From Desulfuromonadales bacterium (lineage in GTDB: Bacteria > Desulfobacterota > Desulfuromonadia > Desulfuromonadales > SZUA-540): a DNA stretch of 64,000 bases. The notes under the pieces are model-generated. The model saw nothing but the letters and a program-made list of their open reading frames with translations, was not told the origin of the DNA and did not search any database. The stretch covers positions 160,001-224,000 of the forward strand of contig JAWSUS010000002.1 in the NCBI GenBank assembly GCA_033549025.1, read 5' to 3'. Positions 39,866 through 48,317 of the stretch are shown piece by piece. Numbering within the stretch: position 1 is the stretch's first letter; every line of letters starts with the position of its first letter. Made by a program: the position numbers and the translations under genes.

Positions 39866-42800
39866 CTAGTAGCCGATAAAAGTCCCCGCCGCATCCGCAT
39901 CCACGGTGCCCACGTTGTTGGCGCCGTCCGGTGAGACCAGGTAGGCTTCCACCTCCGCCGGCGAGGTGCCTTCCGTCATGCCCTTGATGGCGATGAGACC
40001 GTCGCTGGCGCCGCCGGTGGTGGTCAGGCTGAAGGTATTGGCCGTATTGCTGCTGAGGTCGAGTCGCAGCGTGGACCCATTGATGGAGGTGGCGGCAAAG
40101 CCACCGAGCCCGAGGGTGTTGCCGGAGACCGTCGCCGTCATGGTACTGCTGGTATCCTGCAGCAGGGTGATGCCGCTGTCCACCAGGTTGAAGGAGATGT
40201 TCTTGGCGACAAGCTCGCCGATGTTGCGGGCGTAGATACCCGCCGTGCCGCTGGTGATACTGCCGCCATTGACGGTGAAAGAGCCGGCGCTGTTCTCCAG
40301 GTGGAGGCTGTTGCCCAGGGATCCGCCGATATCCACGTTGGCGACCGTGACATCGGCCAGGGAATTGGTGTAGGTAATGGTGTTGCCACCGACGTTGTTG
40401 GGATTGGTGACGGTAATGTCCCCAAAATTGATCAGACCGTCGGCGTCGTTGATTGCGATAGCCGAACCGATACGATCAATGATGTCAACCTGGTCGAAGG
40501 TGATGGCCGAACCCGAACCGATCCCGTCGATATTGATACTGGTGGTCGCCCCGTCGATGGAGGTATCGCCCAGGACCTGAAAGCGGGAACCGGCACTCAG
40601 ATTGCTCAGGTTGATGCCAACGTCGCCGGCATTGACGGCATGAACCGAGGCCAGCGTCACATTGGTCGTAATGGCATCCAGGTCAATGGCCGGTGCATTG
40701 GTGGTGTCGATGAGGCCATCGATCACCGTGAGAGTCGCCTCGGCACTGTTGCGGGCCAGAATACCGGTGCCGCTGTTGGTGAAAATATCCAGATCCTTGA
40801 AGGTATAGCGGCCGCTGTTGTTGTCGAGATAGAGGGGATCGTTGATCAACCGGGTCGTATCACTGCCCAGAGTCAGGTTATCAAAGCTGACGTTCCCCGC
40901 TGAATTGGTGATGCGCACACCCTGGTTGTTCGCCGTCAGGGCCTGAATACGACTCTCCGGGGTGGCGGCAATGAAATTGACGGAACCACCGGCGCGCAGA
41001 TCATTGATGTTGGCAATATAGCCCGAGGCGCTGTCAATGCGTCCACCGTAGCTGACGTTGGCGGCGCTGCCGTCAAGTCCAAAGGCCGTACCCGACTGGC
41101 TGACAATAGTCGTATCGCTGCCGAAGGTGAAGCGACCGTCGGAACCATTGCGGATATCGATACCTACCGGGGAACCCAGCTCTTCGAGCAGGGTAGAACC
41201 TTCGAAACGATAATCACCGCCGGCGTTGCTAAAGAGCAGGCCGCCGCCGGCCGTCGCTTCCAGGCTGCCCGTATTGAACGTCAGCGTGCCGCTGGCGTGC
41301 TCGCTGACACGCACCAGGGCGGCGTCGCGCACCTGGGTTATATCCCCCTGATAGGTCACGCTGGCCGTGCTGCCATTGACGCGGAAAGCGTCGCCGGTGG
41401 GGCTGACAATGGACGTGTCGGCACCGAAGGTGAAGCTGCCGCCGGAACCGGCCAGAATATCGACGCCGGCATCGCCGCCATCCAGGGTGGTCCGCCCCAG
41501 GAATTCGTAGGTGCCGTCGGCGTTGACGAACTGCAGGCCGTCGCCGTTGCTGGCCGTCACCGCGCCGTTGCGGAAAGTCAGCGTGCCGCCGGCGTGATTG
41601 GTCACTTCCACCGCGCTGGCAAGATTGCCCTGGCCGAGCTGTCCTTCGTAGCTGACGGTGGCGCTGCTGTCCCGCACGGCAAAAGCTGAGCCTGTCGGAT
41701 TGGTGATCCTCGTGCTGCTACCAAAGGTGAAGCTGCCGGCCGAATCCGCCAGAATATCGATGCCGGCATCGCCGCCATCGAGGCTGGTGCCCCCCAGAAG
41801 TTCATAGGTGCCGTCGGCGTTGACGAACTGCAAGCCGTTGCCATTGCTGGCGGTCAGATTGCCGTTTCGCAGGGTCAAAGTGCCCGTGGAGTGATTGGCC
41901 ACATCGAGCAGGCTGGCTGCATTGGCTTGGCTCATGGAGCCGCTATACACCAGATCGGCCGTGCTGTCCCGCACCGTTAAGGCTGCGCCCGTTGGATTGA
42001 CAATACTGGTGCCACTGGAAAACTCGAAGCTGCCATCGGAACCGGCGAGGATATCAATACCGGCGTTGCCACCCTGAAGCCTATTTGTTCCCAAAAAGGC
42101 GTAAAGACCATCCGCATCGTAGAATTGAAGACCGTTGCCGCCGGTGGCCTCGATGGTGCCGGTGCGGAAGGTGACGGTGCCTCCCGTGTGCTTGGCAACC
42201 TCCACGGCGTTGCCCGGGCCGTTCTGGGTAATGGTGCCGCTGAAATCGACAGTGGCACTGCTGTCGCGCAGGGTAAAGGCGCTGCCGCTGGGGGTGAATA
42301 TTCCCGTATTGCTGCCGAAGGTGAAGCTGCCGGCCGAATCGGCCAGGATATCGATGCCGGCGTCGCCGCCGACCAGAGTCGTCGTGCCACGGAAATTGTA
42401 GACCCCGTCCGCATTGCGGAACTGCAGCCCGTCACCGTTACCGGCTACGAGCGTGCCGCTGTCGAAAGTCACCTCGCCACCGGTGTGATTGCGAATGGCC
42501 ACGGTCGAGGTGGCGCTGTCGTGGCTCAGGTCCCCCTGGTAGAGGAGATTGGCGCTGCCGCCATCAACGGAGATACCGACGCCGCCTGAATTGGCGACGG
42601 AGCTGCCCCGCCCGAAAGCGAGGGTGCCATCCGTCTCCACGATATCGACGCCCGTGCCGGCGGCGCTGTCCACCTGCAGACGGTTCGCCGCCAGGTCGAG
42701 CTGACTGTTGGCGATATGCACACCGGCATCGGTCGATCCCGTCGAGGCTATCGTTCCCGTCACGGTCATCTGCCCGGTCACGCCGGCAAAATCGAGGGCG

Positions 42801-45526
42801 CTGCCGCCGCCCGTCACCGCTACCTCGGCCAGGGTCAGGTCGACCGCGGTCTCGCTCAGGACCAGCGCATCCCCGCCGACGGTGCGCACGTCGCCGGAAG
42901 CCACGCGCAGCGAGCCGCCGTTGCTGGCGACCAGCCCTTGTGCCCCTGCGGTCTGGATGCGTAAGTCGTCGATGGCGATGGTCGTCTGGTCATTGTTTAG
43001 CAGGGAAAGGGCCTCGCCGCTACTCGTCCCCGCAACATGTACCCGGCCAAAGAGCAGATCCGCGTTGCTGCCGTTCTGGATGCGCAACCCCAGACCGTCC
43101 TGATCCTCCAGGACGGCGCCACGAAAATCGAGCGCCCCCTGATGGCCGTCCAGATCGATCACCCTTCCGCCCGTCTGGGCCAGAGTGCTGCCTGTGAATG
43201 CCCCGCTCAGGTCACTGCGGGAAATTTGCAGGGCGGAGCCGACGCCGGTAGCGGAAAGCAGGCTGTCGGCCACGCTGAGGGTGCCGGTACTGTTGTCCAG
43301 GGCCAGACCGGAGCTGGCGTAATCGCGTACATTGAGGTCGGCCAGGCCCAGAGAGTCAATGCCGCTGCCGACGATCCCGCGGGCGCCGCCGCTGATATTC
43401 AGACCGGACAGGCGGTTGCCGCCAGCCAATGCCACCACGTCGCCCGTACTGGCCTGACTGAGCGTCGGTCGGCCGCTGGTTGAGGCAATCGCCAGCTGAT
43501 ACTCCGGTCCTTCCGGTAGCCCTTCAAAGGAAATAAGCCGGGTGCCGAGATCGCCGATCCCCATGAGCTGCTGCCGTTGCTGAAGGGTGAGGGCCGGACT
43601 TTCCGCCCCCCCTGAGGCAATCTGGCCGGCGTCGTTCACCAGAAAGAGGATATCGCTGAGAGAGGAAGCCTGCTGGGCTTCCGCCAAGGTCATGGGGGCG
43701 CTCTGGGTCCCGTCGGCCACGGACAGGCCGTTGAGGTGAGTACCGTCGGCATCGACGAAGTAGACATCGACGGGAGCCTCTGTTTCCGGATCGACCACGG
43801 CGTACTCGTCGGTAATGGTCACCGACGGTCCTTCCTCCGTCCCCGGCGTCCTGGCCATATCCTGGGAGAAGGTGACGATATCGACGTCACGGATGACCGG
43901 CCGCATCATGCGGCGCTCGATCTCGGCCCGCGCGTAGGTCGGCGGCGCTTCCTGGATGACTTTGCCCAGCGGGATGCGCACGTTGGCGAAACCAAAGCTC
44001 TGGGCCCCGCGCACCTGGTCATCCTGGTATTCGACCCCCAGGCTCAGGCTGCTGCCCAGAAGGCTGAAGGGATCTTTGCGCTCATAGGCCAGACGCAGGC
44101 GCGGTCCGGCCACTTCCGGGGTCAGCGCGTTGTCGAACCAGAAGTAGCCGGCGTGACCCCAGAGGGTGTTTTTCTCCCCAAATTCAAGACCATAGCCGGC
44201 CTCAACGTCAAAGCCATGCAGGGGCCTTTCGCGGGTCTCGTAGAGGGTGGTGCGCACGACCACGGCGGTGCGGTCAAGTTCAACCCCCGTGGTCGCAAAA
44301 CTGTCAATGACATGGGAGGTGTTTTCGGGCAGATAGGCGTTGGCACGCAGCTCCCAGTTTCGTCCCAGCAGTTCGGCCCCCAGGGTGAACTGCTGGAAGG
44401 AAAAGCCGTAGGTGCTGCTGCGATTGTCGTAGAAGGCATAGGCGCCCCAGATGGCCTCGCCGAGAAGGGGCAGGCCGTGGTCGAGAATCTTCCGGTAACC
44501 GAGACCGTAGTTGCCTTCGAGGCTCGAATCATCGGGCAGCACCACGCGCAGGTCGGCGAAGAAAATCGCGTCATCCGTCTGCCAGAAAGGCCACATCACG
44601 CTGAAGCGCCCCAGGCTGCGATCCGTCCCTTCCTTGTACGTCATGTCCAGCTGCGGCCCCCATTTGCCGGGCGGGGTGAAATAGGGCGCCACCACTCTTC
44701 CGGCCGTCAGGGACTTTTCCTGCTCATAGAAGGGGACATAGTCGTCTCTGTAGCTGGCCGGCAGGGGTTTTGGGGCGGCCGCCAGTGCCGGCGCATCGAC
44801 GGGATAGACGGCGCGGTTGCTGAAAGCCTCGCCGGGCGGCGGCGAATAGGGCACCGGAGCCAGCTCGCGGTATTCCTGCCTGGCCGCCGGCGGTGCGCTG
44901 GCGACAGCGCGAGGGGCGACCGGGCTGGCCGATGACGCCGGCACGGCTGCACGCTGACTCAGGGCGGTCTCTTCCCGGCCGGGTCGGGGTGCCCTTTCGG
45001 TCTGAATCCAGATTTCGACCCGGCGATTCTGGGCGCGGCCTTCTTCGCTGCTGTTGTCGGTGACGGGCAGCGTGTCGCCAAGGCCCTCCACCAGGACAGT
45101 CGCCTCGGGGGGAACCTCCAGAATGCCCAGAAGATGGTCAGCCACGCTCTGCGCGCGGGCCTCGGAAAGCTCGAAGTTATCCTTGAAGGGCTGTCCGGGG
45201 CTTCTCTGCAAGCGCCGGTCGTCCGTATGACCGGCCACGTAAATATGAACGATGCGCAGACCGTCGAGGGCCATGGACAGCCCCTTGAGCAGAGCCTTGT
45301 CTTCGGCGCTCAAGGTATTGCTGCCAGAATCGAACCGGGGCCAGAGGACGTACTCCTTTTCCTCGAGAAAGGGCGCCGCCAGAGCCAGGTTATCCAGCGC
45401 AGCTTCCATGGCCAGCACGCTGCCGGGAGGCAACGCGAGCAGCATGGCCATCAGCAGGCTCAGCAGCCGGACCATTCCCGGGCGCGAGCCGGCCGCTTTA
45501 TGGGTCGTTTCAGGGGAAAAAATCAT
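39866..45526 (-). CDS. Large surface protein: signal peptide, OmpA-like domain, inverse-autotransporter beta-barrel and repeat-rich beta-helix-like passenger (~1,890 aa)
   Basis: OmpA_C motifs (GHTD, NFELSEARA, NRRVEI) at ~45005-45335; Pro/Ala linker; inverse-autotransporter barrel motifs (GNYGLGYR, WGAYAFYD, GAELLG..WELRANAYLP, GFDVEAGY, IRDVDIV) at ~43870-44670; Gly/Ser/Thr/Asn-rich passenger. Start could be 45598, 45526 or 45475. Confidence 0.82.
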   Translation of the reverse strand: MIFSPETTHKAAGSRPGMVRLLSLLMAMLLALPPGSVLAMEAALDNLALAAPFLEEKEYVLWPRFDSGSNTLSAEDKALLKGLSMALDGLRIVHIYVAGHTDDRRLQRSPGQPFKDNFELSEARAQSVADHLLGILEVPPEATVLVEGLGDTLPVTDNSSEEGRAQNRRVEIWIQTERAPRPGREETALSQRAAVPASSASPVAPRAVASAPPAARQEYRELAPVPYSPPPGEAFSNRAVYPVDAPALAAAPKPLPASYRDDYVPFYEQEKSLTAGRVVAPYFTPPGKWGPQLDMTYKEGTDRSLGRFSVMWPFWQTDDAIFFADLRVVLPDDSSLEGNYGLGYRKILDHGLPLLGEAIWGAYAFYDNRSSTYGFSFQQFTLGAELLGRNWELRANAYLPENTSHVIDSFATTGVELDRTAVVVRTTLYETRERPLHGFDVEAGYGLEFGEKNTLWGHAGYFWFDNALTPEVAGPRLRLAYERKDPFSLLGSSLSLGVEYQDDQVRGAQSFGFANVRIPLGKVIQEAPPTYARAEIERRMMRPVIRDVDIVTFSQDMARTPGTEEGPSVTITDEYAVVDPETEAPVDVYFVDADGTHLNGLSVADGTQSAPMTLAEAQQASSLSDILFLVNDAGQIASGGAESPALTLQQRQQLMGIGDLGTRLISFEGLPEGPEYQLAIASTSGRPTLSQASTGDVVALAGGNRLSGLNISGGARGIVGSGIDSLGLADLNVRDYASSGLALDNSTGTLSVADSLLSATGVGSALQISRSDLSGAFTGSTLAQTGGRVIDLDGHQGALDFRGAVLEDQDGLGLRIQNGSNADLLFGRVHVAGTSSGEALSLLNNDQTTIAIDDLRIQTAGAQGLVASNGGSLRVASGDVRTVGGDALVLSETAVDLTLAEVAVTGGGSALDFAGVTGQMTVTGTIASTGSTDAGVHIANSQLDLAANRLQVDSAAGTGVDIVETDGTLAFGRGSSVANSGGVGISVDGGSANLLYQGDLSHDSATSTVAIRNHTGGEVTFDSGTLVAGNGDGLQFRNADGVYNFRGTTTLVGGDAGIDILADSAGSFTFGSNTGIFTPSGSAFTLRDSSATVDFSGTITQNGPGNAVEVAKHTGGTVTFRTGTIEATGGNGLQFYDADGLYAFLGTNRLQGGNAGIDILAGSDGSFEFSSGTSIVNPTGAALTVRDSTADLVYSGSMSQANAASLLDVANHSTGTLTLRNGNLTASNGNGLQFVNADGTYELLGGTSLDGGDAGIDILADSAGSFTFGSSTRITNPTGSAFAVRDSSATVSYEGQLGQGNLASAVEVTNHAGGTLTFRNGAVTASNGDGLQFVNADGTYEFLGRTTLDGGDAGVDILAGSGGSFTFGADTSIVSPTGDAFRVNGSTASVTYQGDITQVRDAALVRVSEHASGTLTFNTGSLEATAGGGLLFSNAGGDYRFEGSTLLEELGSPVGIDIRNGSDGRFTFGSDTTIVSQSGTAFGLDGSAANVSYGGRIDSASGYIANINDLRAGGSVNFIAATPESRIQALTANNQGVRITNSAGNVSFDNLTLGSDTTRLINDPLYLDNNSGRYTFKDLDIFTNSGTGILARNSAEATLTVIDGLIDTTNAPAIDLDAITTNVTLASVHAVNAGDVGINLSNLSAGSRFQVLGDTSIDGATTSINIDGIGSGSAITFDQVDIIDRIGSAIAINDADGLINFGDITVTNPNNVGGNTITYTNSLADVTVANVDIGGSLGNSLHLENSAGSFTVNGGSITSGTAGIYARNIGELVAKNISFNLVDSGITLLQDTSSTMTATVSGNTLGLGGFAATSINGSTLRLDLSSNTANTFSLTTTGGASDGLIAIKGMTEGTSPAEVEAYLVSPDGANNVGTVDADAAGTFIGY
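41150..42650 (-). repeat. Intragenic tandem repeat with a 297-bp (99-aa) period, about 5 degenerate copies
   Basis: Homologous anchors (GCCAGAATATCGA.GCCGGC-like) at 41451, 41748, 42045 and 42342, exactly 297 bp apart, with weaker copies near 41150 and 42636. The protein unit is GLQFxNADGxYxFxGxTxLxGGDAGIDILAxSxGSFTFG. Confidence 0.9.
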
Positions 45527-45596
45527 AAAAAGGCATCCAAAAACCCCCGGCGGCAGGGGTTGGGTTCGATCAGGGGACGGAGCTGTCCCAAGCTTC

Positions 45597-45624
45597 ATAT
45601 CGGTCCCACGGAGCCTAAAGTTTA
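45597..45624 (-). promoter_or_regulatory. Candidate sigma28 (FliA/SigD-type) promoter for the inverse autotransporter gene
   Basis: Minus strand TAAA(CTTT)-16 nt spacing-ACCGATAT, compared with the consensus TAAA-N15/16-GCCGATAW. Confidence 0.55.
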
Positions 45625-45657
45625 GGGAAAAGGCCGCGAATTTTTGGCGAGCGTAAA

Positions 45658-45696
45658 GGAAACGCCCGGGAGAATGCCGATTCCCCCGGGCGCGTT
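45658..45696 (-). terminator. Hairpin directly after the glgP stop (probable terminator)
   Basis: CGCCCGGG...CCCGGGCG stem followed on the minus strand by TTTCCTTT. Confidence 0.55.
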
Positions 45697-48204
45697 TTAA
45701 GGCGTGGTGCCAACATCCAGCGGCGCCAGCCGCCAGATATCGTCATTGTATTGGGTGATGGTGCGGTCGGTGGAAAACTGGCCGCTGGCAGCCGTATTGA
45801 GGATACTCAGGCGGGTCCACTGATCCTGGTCCTGATAGGCGGTGGCCACCCGCTGCTGGGCCTCGACGTAGCTGCGGAAATCGGCGGCGACCAGCCAGGG
45901 GTCCTGGGGATTGAGAATGGCCTGCACCAGGGGCTCGAAGAGGCCCGGCTCGAACTGGCTGAAGTGGCCGCTCTGCAGCAGCTGCAGGACCCGCTGCAGA
46001 TCCGCATCGGCGGCGACGAGGGCGTGCGGATCATAGTGCCGCCGCGCCTCCTCGACCTGCGCGGCATCCAGACCGAAGAGGAAAAAGTTGTCCTCACCTG
46101 CCTCCTCGCGAATCTCGATATTGGCCCCGTCCAGGGTGCCGATGGTGAGGGCGCCGTTCATCATGAACTTCATATTGCCGGTGCCCGAGGCCTCTTTGCC
46201 TGCGGTGGAGATCTGCTCGGACAGATCCGTCCCCGGACAGATGACCTCCATGGCGGAGACACCGTAGTCGGGGAAAAAGACGACCTTGAGGCGGTCGGCC
46301 ACATCCTCGTCCGCATTGATGCGGGCGGCGACATTGTTCACCAGCTTGATGATGAGCTTGGCGGTGGCGTAGCCGGGCGCCGCCTTGCCGCCGATGAGGA
46401 CGCAGCGGGGCGTCCAGTTTTCCACATCATCCCGCTTGAGGCGGTCATAGAGATGAATGACATGCAGGACATTGAGGAGCTGGCGCTTGTACTCGTGGAT
46501 GCGTTTGACCTGCACATCGAAGAGCGCATCCAGCGGAAAATCGACCCCGCAACGGCTCCGGACGACCTCGGCCAGGCGGGCTTTGTTCTGCCGTTTCACC
46601 TGCCGCCAGCGCGTCTGAAAGGCGGGGTCGTCGGCCAGCGGCTTCAGCTGCCGCAGCCGGTCGAGATCCGTCACCCAGCCCTCGCCCAGGGTCTCGTCGA
46701 GCAGGGTGCTCAGGCCCGGATTGGCCCAGAGCATCCAGCGCCGCGGGGTGACGCCGTTGGTCTTGTTGTTGAATTTATCCGGCCAGAGTTCGTAGAAATC
46801 GCGGAAAAGCCCCTCGGTAAGCAGGCGGGAGTGCAGGGCGGCGACGCCGTTGACGGAGAAGCTGCCGACGATAGCCAGGTAGGCCATGCGGACCATGGGT
46901 TCCGGGCCTTCCTCGATGATGGACATGCGGCGCTGACGGTCGCTGTCGCCGGGCCAGCGCCGGGCCACCTCGACCAGAAAGCGGGCATTGATCTCGTAGA
47001 TGATATCGAGCAGGCGCGGCAGCACCTGCCGGAAGAGACGCACGGGCCACCGCTCCAGGGCTTCGGGCAGAAGCGTGTGGTTGGTGTAGGCCATCGTTCT
47101 GGTCGTGATCTCCCAGGCCTCGTCCCAGCCCAATCCTTTACCGTCCATGAGCAGGCGCATCAGTTCGGGGACGCTGCAGCTGGGGTGGGTGTCGTTGAGC
47201 TGGAAGCAGTTCTTGGCGGCGAACTCGGCCAGGTCGCCGCTGCAGACGCCGCACCAGCGCTGCAGCACATCCTGCAGGCTGGCGGAGGCGAGAAAATATT
47301 GCTGGCGCAGACGCAGCTCTTTGCCGTTCTCGCTGGCGTCGTTGGGATAGAGCACCATGGTGATGTTTTCGGCGGCGTTCTTGGCGGCGACAGACTCGGG
47401 GTAACTGCCGGCGTTGAATTCCCCCAGGTCGAACTCGTCGGTGGCCGCCGACTTCCACAGCCGCAGAGTATTGACCATGCCGTTGCCATAACCGGGAACG
47501 GGAAGGTCATAGGGCACCGCCAGGACGTCGTGACTGTCGACCCAGCGGAAGCGCTGGCGACCCTCGGCATCCCGATAGGCCTCACTGCGCCCTTCAAACT
47601 GAATGCGCTGCGTGTATTCGGGGCGCTTGATCTCCCAGGGGTTGCCGGCCCGCAGCCAGTGGTCAGGCTCTTCCACCTGAAAACCGTTGACAATTTTCTG
47701 GCGGAACATGCCGTATTCATACCGGATGCCGTAGCCCATCACCGGCAGCCGCAGGGTGGCGCAGCTGTCCAGAAAACAGGCGGCCAGCCGGCCGAGGCCG
47801 CCGTTGCCCAGACCGGCATCCTGTTCGGTATTCACCAGCTCCTCCAGCTCGAGCCCGAGCTGATGCAGGGCCCGGGTCGTCGGCTCCGCCAGCCCCAGGG
47901 CCAGCATGGCGTTCCCCAGAGCCCGCCCCATGAGAAATTCCATGGACAGGTAATAGGCCCGGCGGCAGTTACGCTCGTCGCAGGCGTAGCGCGTCGTCTT
48001 CCAGCGCTCCATCAGGCGATCGCGCAGGGTCAGAGCCAGCGCCTCGTAGATGTAGTGGCGGGAGCGGCAATACTTGTCGCGGCCCAGGTTCAGCGTGTAG
48101 TAACTGCGGAAATCCTCGCTCAGACTCGCCGCGTCCATCCCCAGAGGGGGAAGCTCGGTGAGGCTGGCGCAGGGACTGCTCTTGTCCAGGGGCTTGGTAT
48201 ACAT
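45697..48204 (-). CDS. glgP: Glycogen/starch phosphorylase
   Basis: GLGNGGLGRLAACF, LRLRQQYF, QLNDTHP, KRIHEYKRQLLN, EASGTGNMKF (PLP lysine). Confidence 0.97.
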   Translation of the reverse strand: MYTKPLDKSSPCASLTELPPLGMDAASLSEDFRSYYTLNLGRDKYCRSRHYIYEALALTLRDRLMERWKTTRYACDERNCRRAYYLSMEFLMGRALGNAMLALGLAEPTTRALHQLGLELEELVNTEQDAGLGNGGLGRLAACFLDSCATLRLPVMGYGIRYEYGMFRQKIVNGFQVEEPDHWLRAGNPWEIKRPEYTQRIQFEGRSEAYRDAEGRQRFRWVDSHDVLAVPYDLPVPGYGNGMVNTLRLWKSAATDEFDLGEFNAGSYPESVAAKNAAENITMVLYPNDASENGKELRLRQQYFLASASLQDVLQRWCGVCSGDLAEFAAKNCFQLNDTHPSCSVPELMRLLMDGKGLGWDEAWEITTRTMAYTNHTLLPEALERWPVRLFRQVLPRLLDIIYEINARFLVEVARRWPGDSDRQRRMSIIEEGPEPMVRMAYLAIVGSFSVNGVAALHSRLLTEGLFRDFYELWPDKFNNKTNGVTPRRWMLWANPGLSTLLDETLGEGWVTDLDRLRQLKPLADDPAFQTRWRQVKRQNKARLAEVVRSRCGVDFPLDALFDVQVKRIHEYKRQLLNVLHVIHLYDRLKRDDVENWTPRCVLIGGKAAPGYATAKLIIKLVNNVAARINADEDVADRLKVVFFPDYGVSAMEVICPGTDLSEQISTAGKEASGTGNMKFMMNGALTIGTLDGANIEIREEAGEDNFFLFGLDAAQVEEARRHYDPHALVAADADLQRVLQLLQSGHFSQFEPGLFEPLVQAILNPQDPWLVAADFRSYVEAQQRVATAYQDQDQWTRLSILNTAASGQFSTDRTITQYNDDIWRLAPLDVGTTP

Positions 48205-48317
48205 GGATAGGTCCTCGGCCAAAAAAGGGGCGTCAACAGGGCGACACTCTATGCTTTACCATATTTTGACGCGATTGAAATACCGGCGGGCTTTTTGATC
48301 CCCGTCGGCGGCGAGGC

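Noticed and set aside
41150..42650. Periodic repeats considered as a CRISPR array or mobile element
   Set aside because: The period is 297 bp, in frame and degenerate at synonymous positions. There are no short identical repeats with unique spacers and no cas or transposase genes.
45751..48210. 819-aa + strand ORF antisense to glgP
   Set aside because: It mirrors a well-conserved gene codon for codon, has no recognisable motifs, and is the expected artefact of high-GC codon bias.
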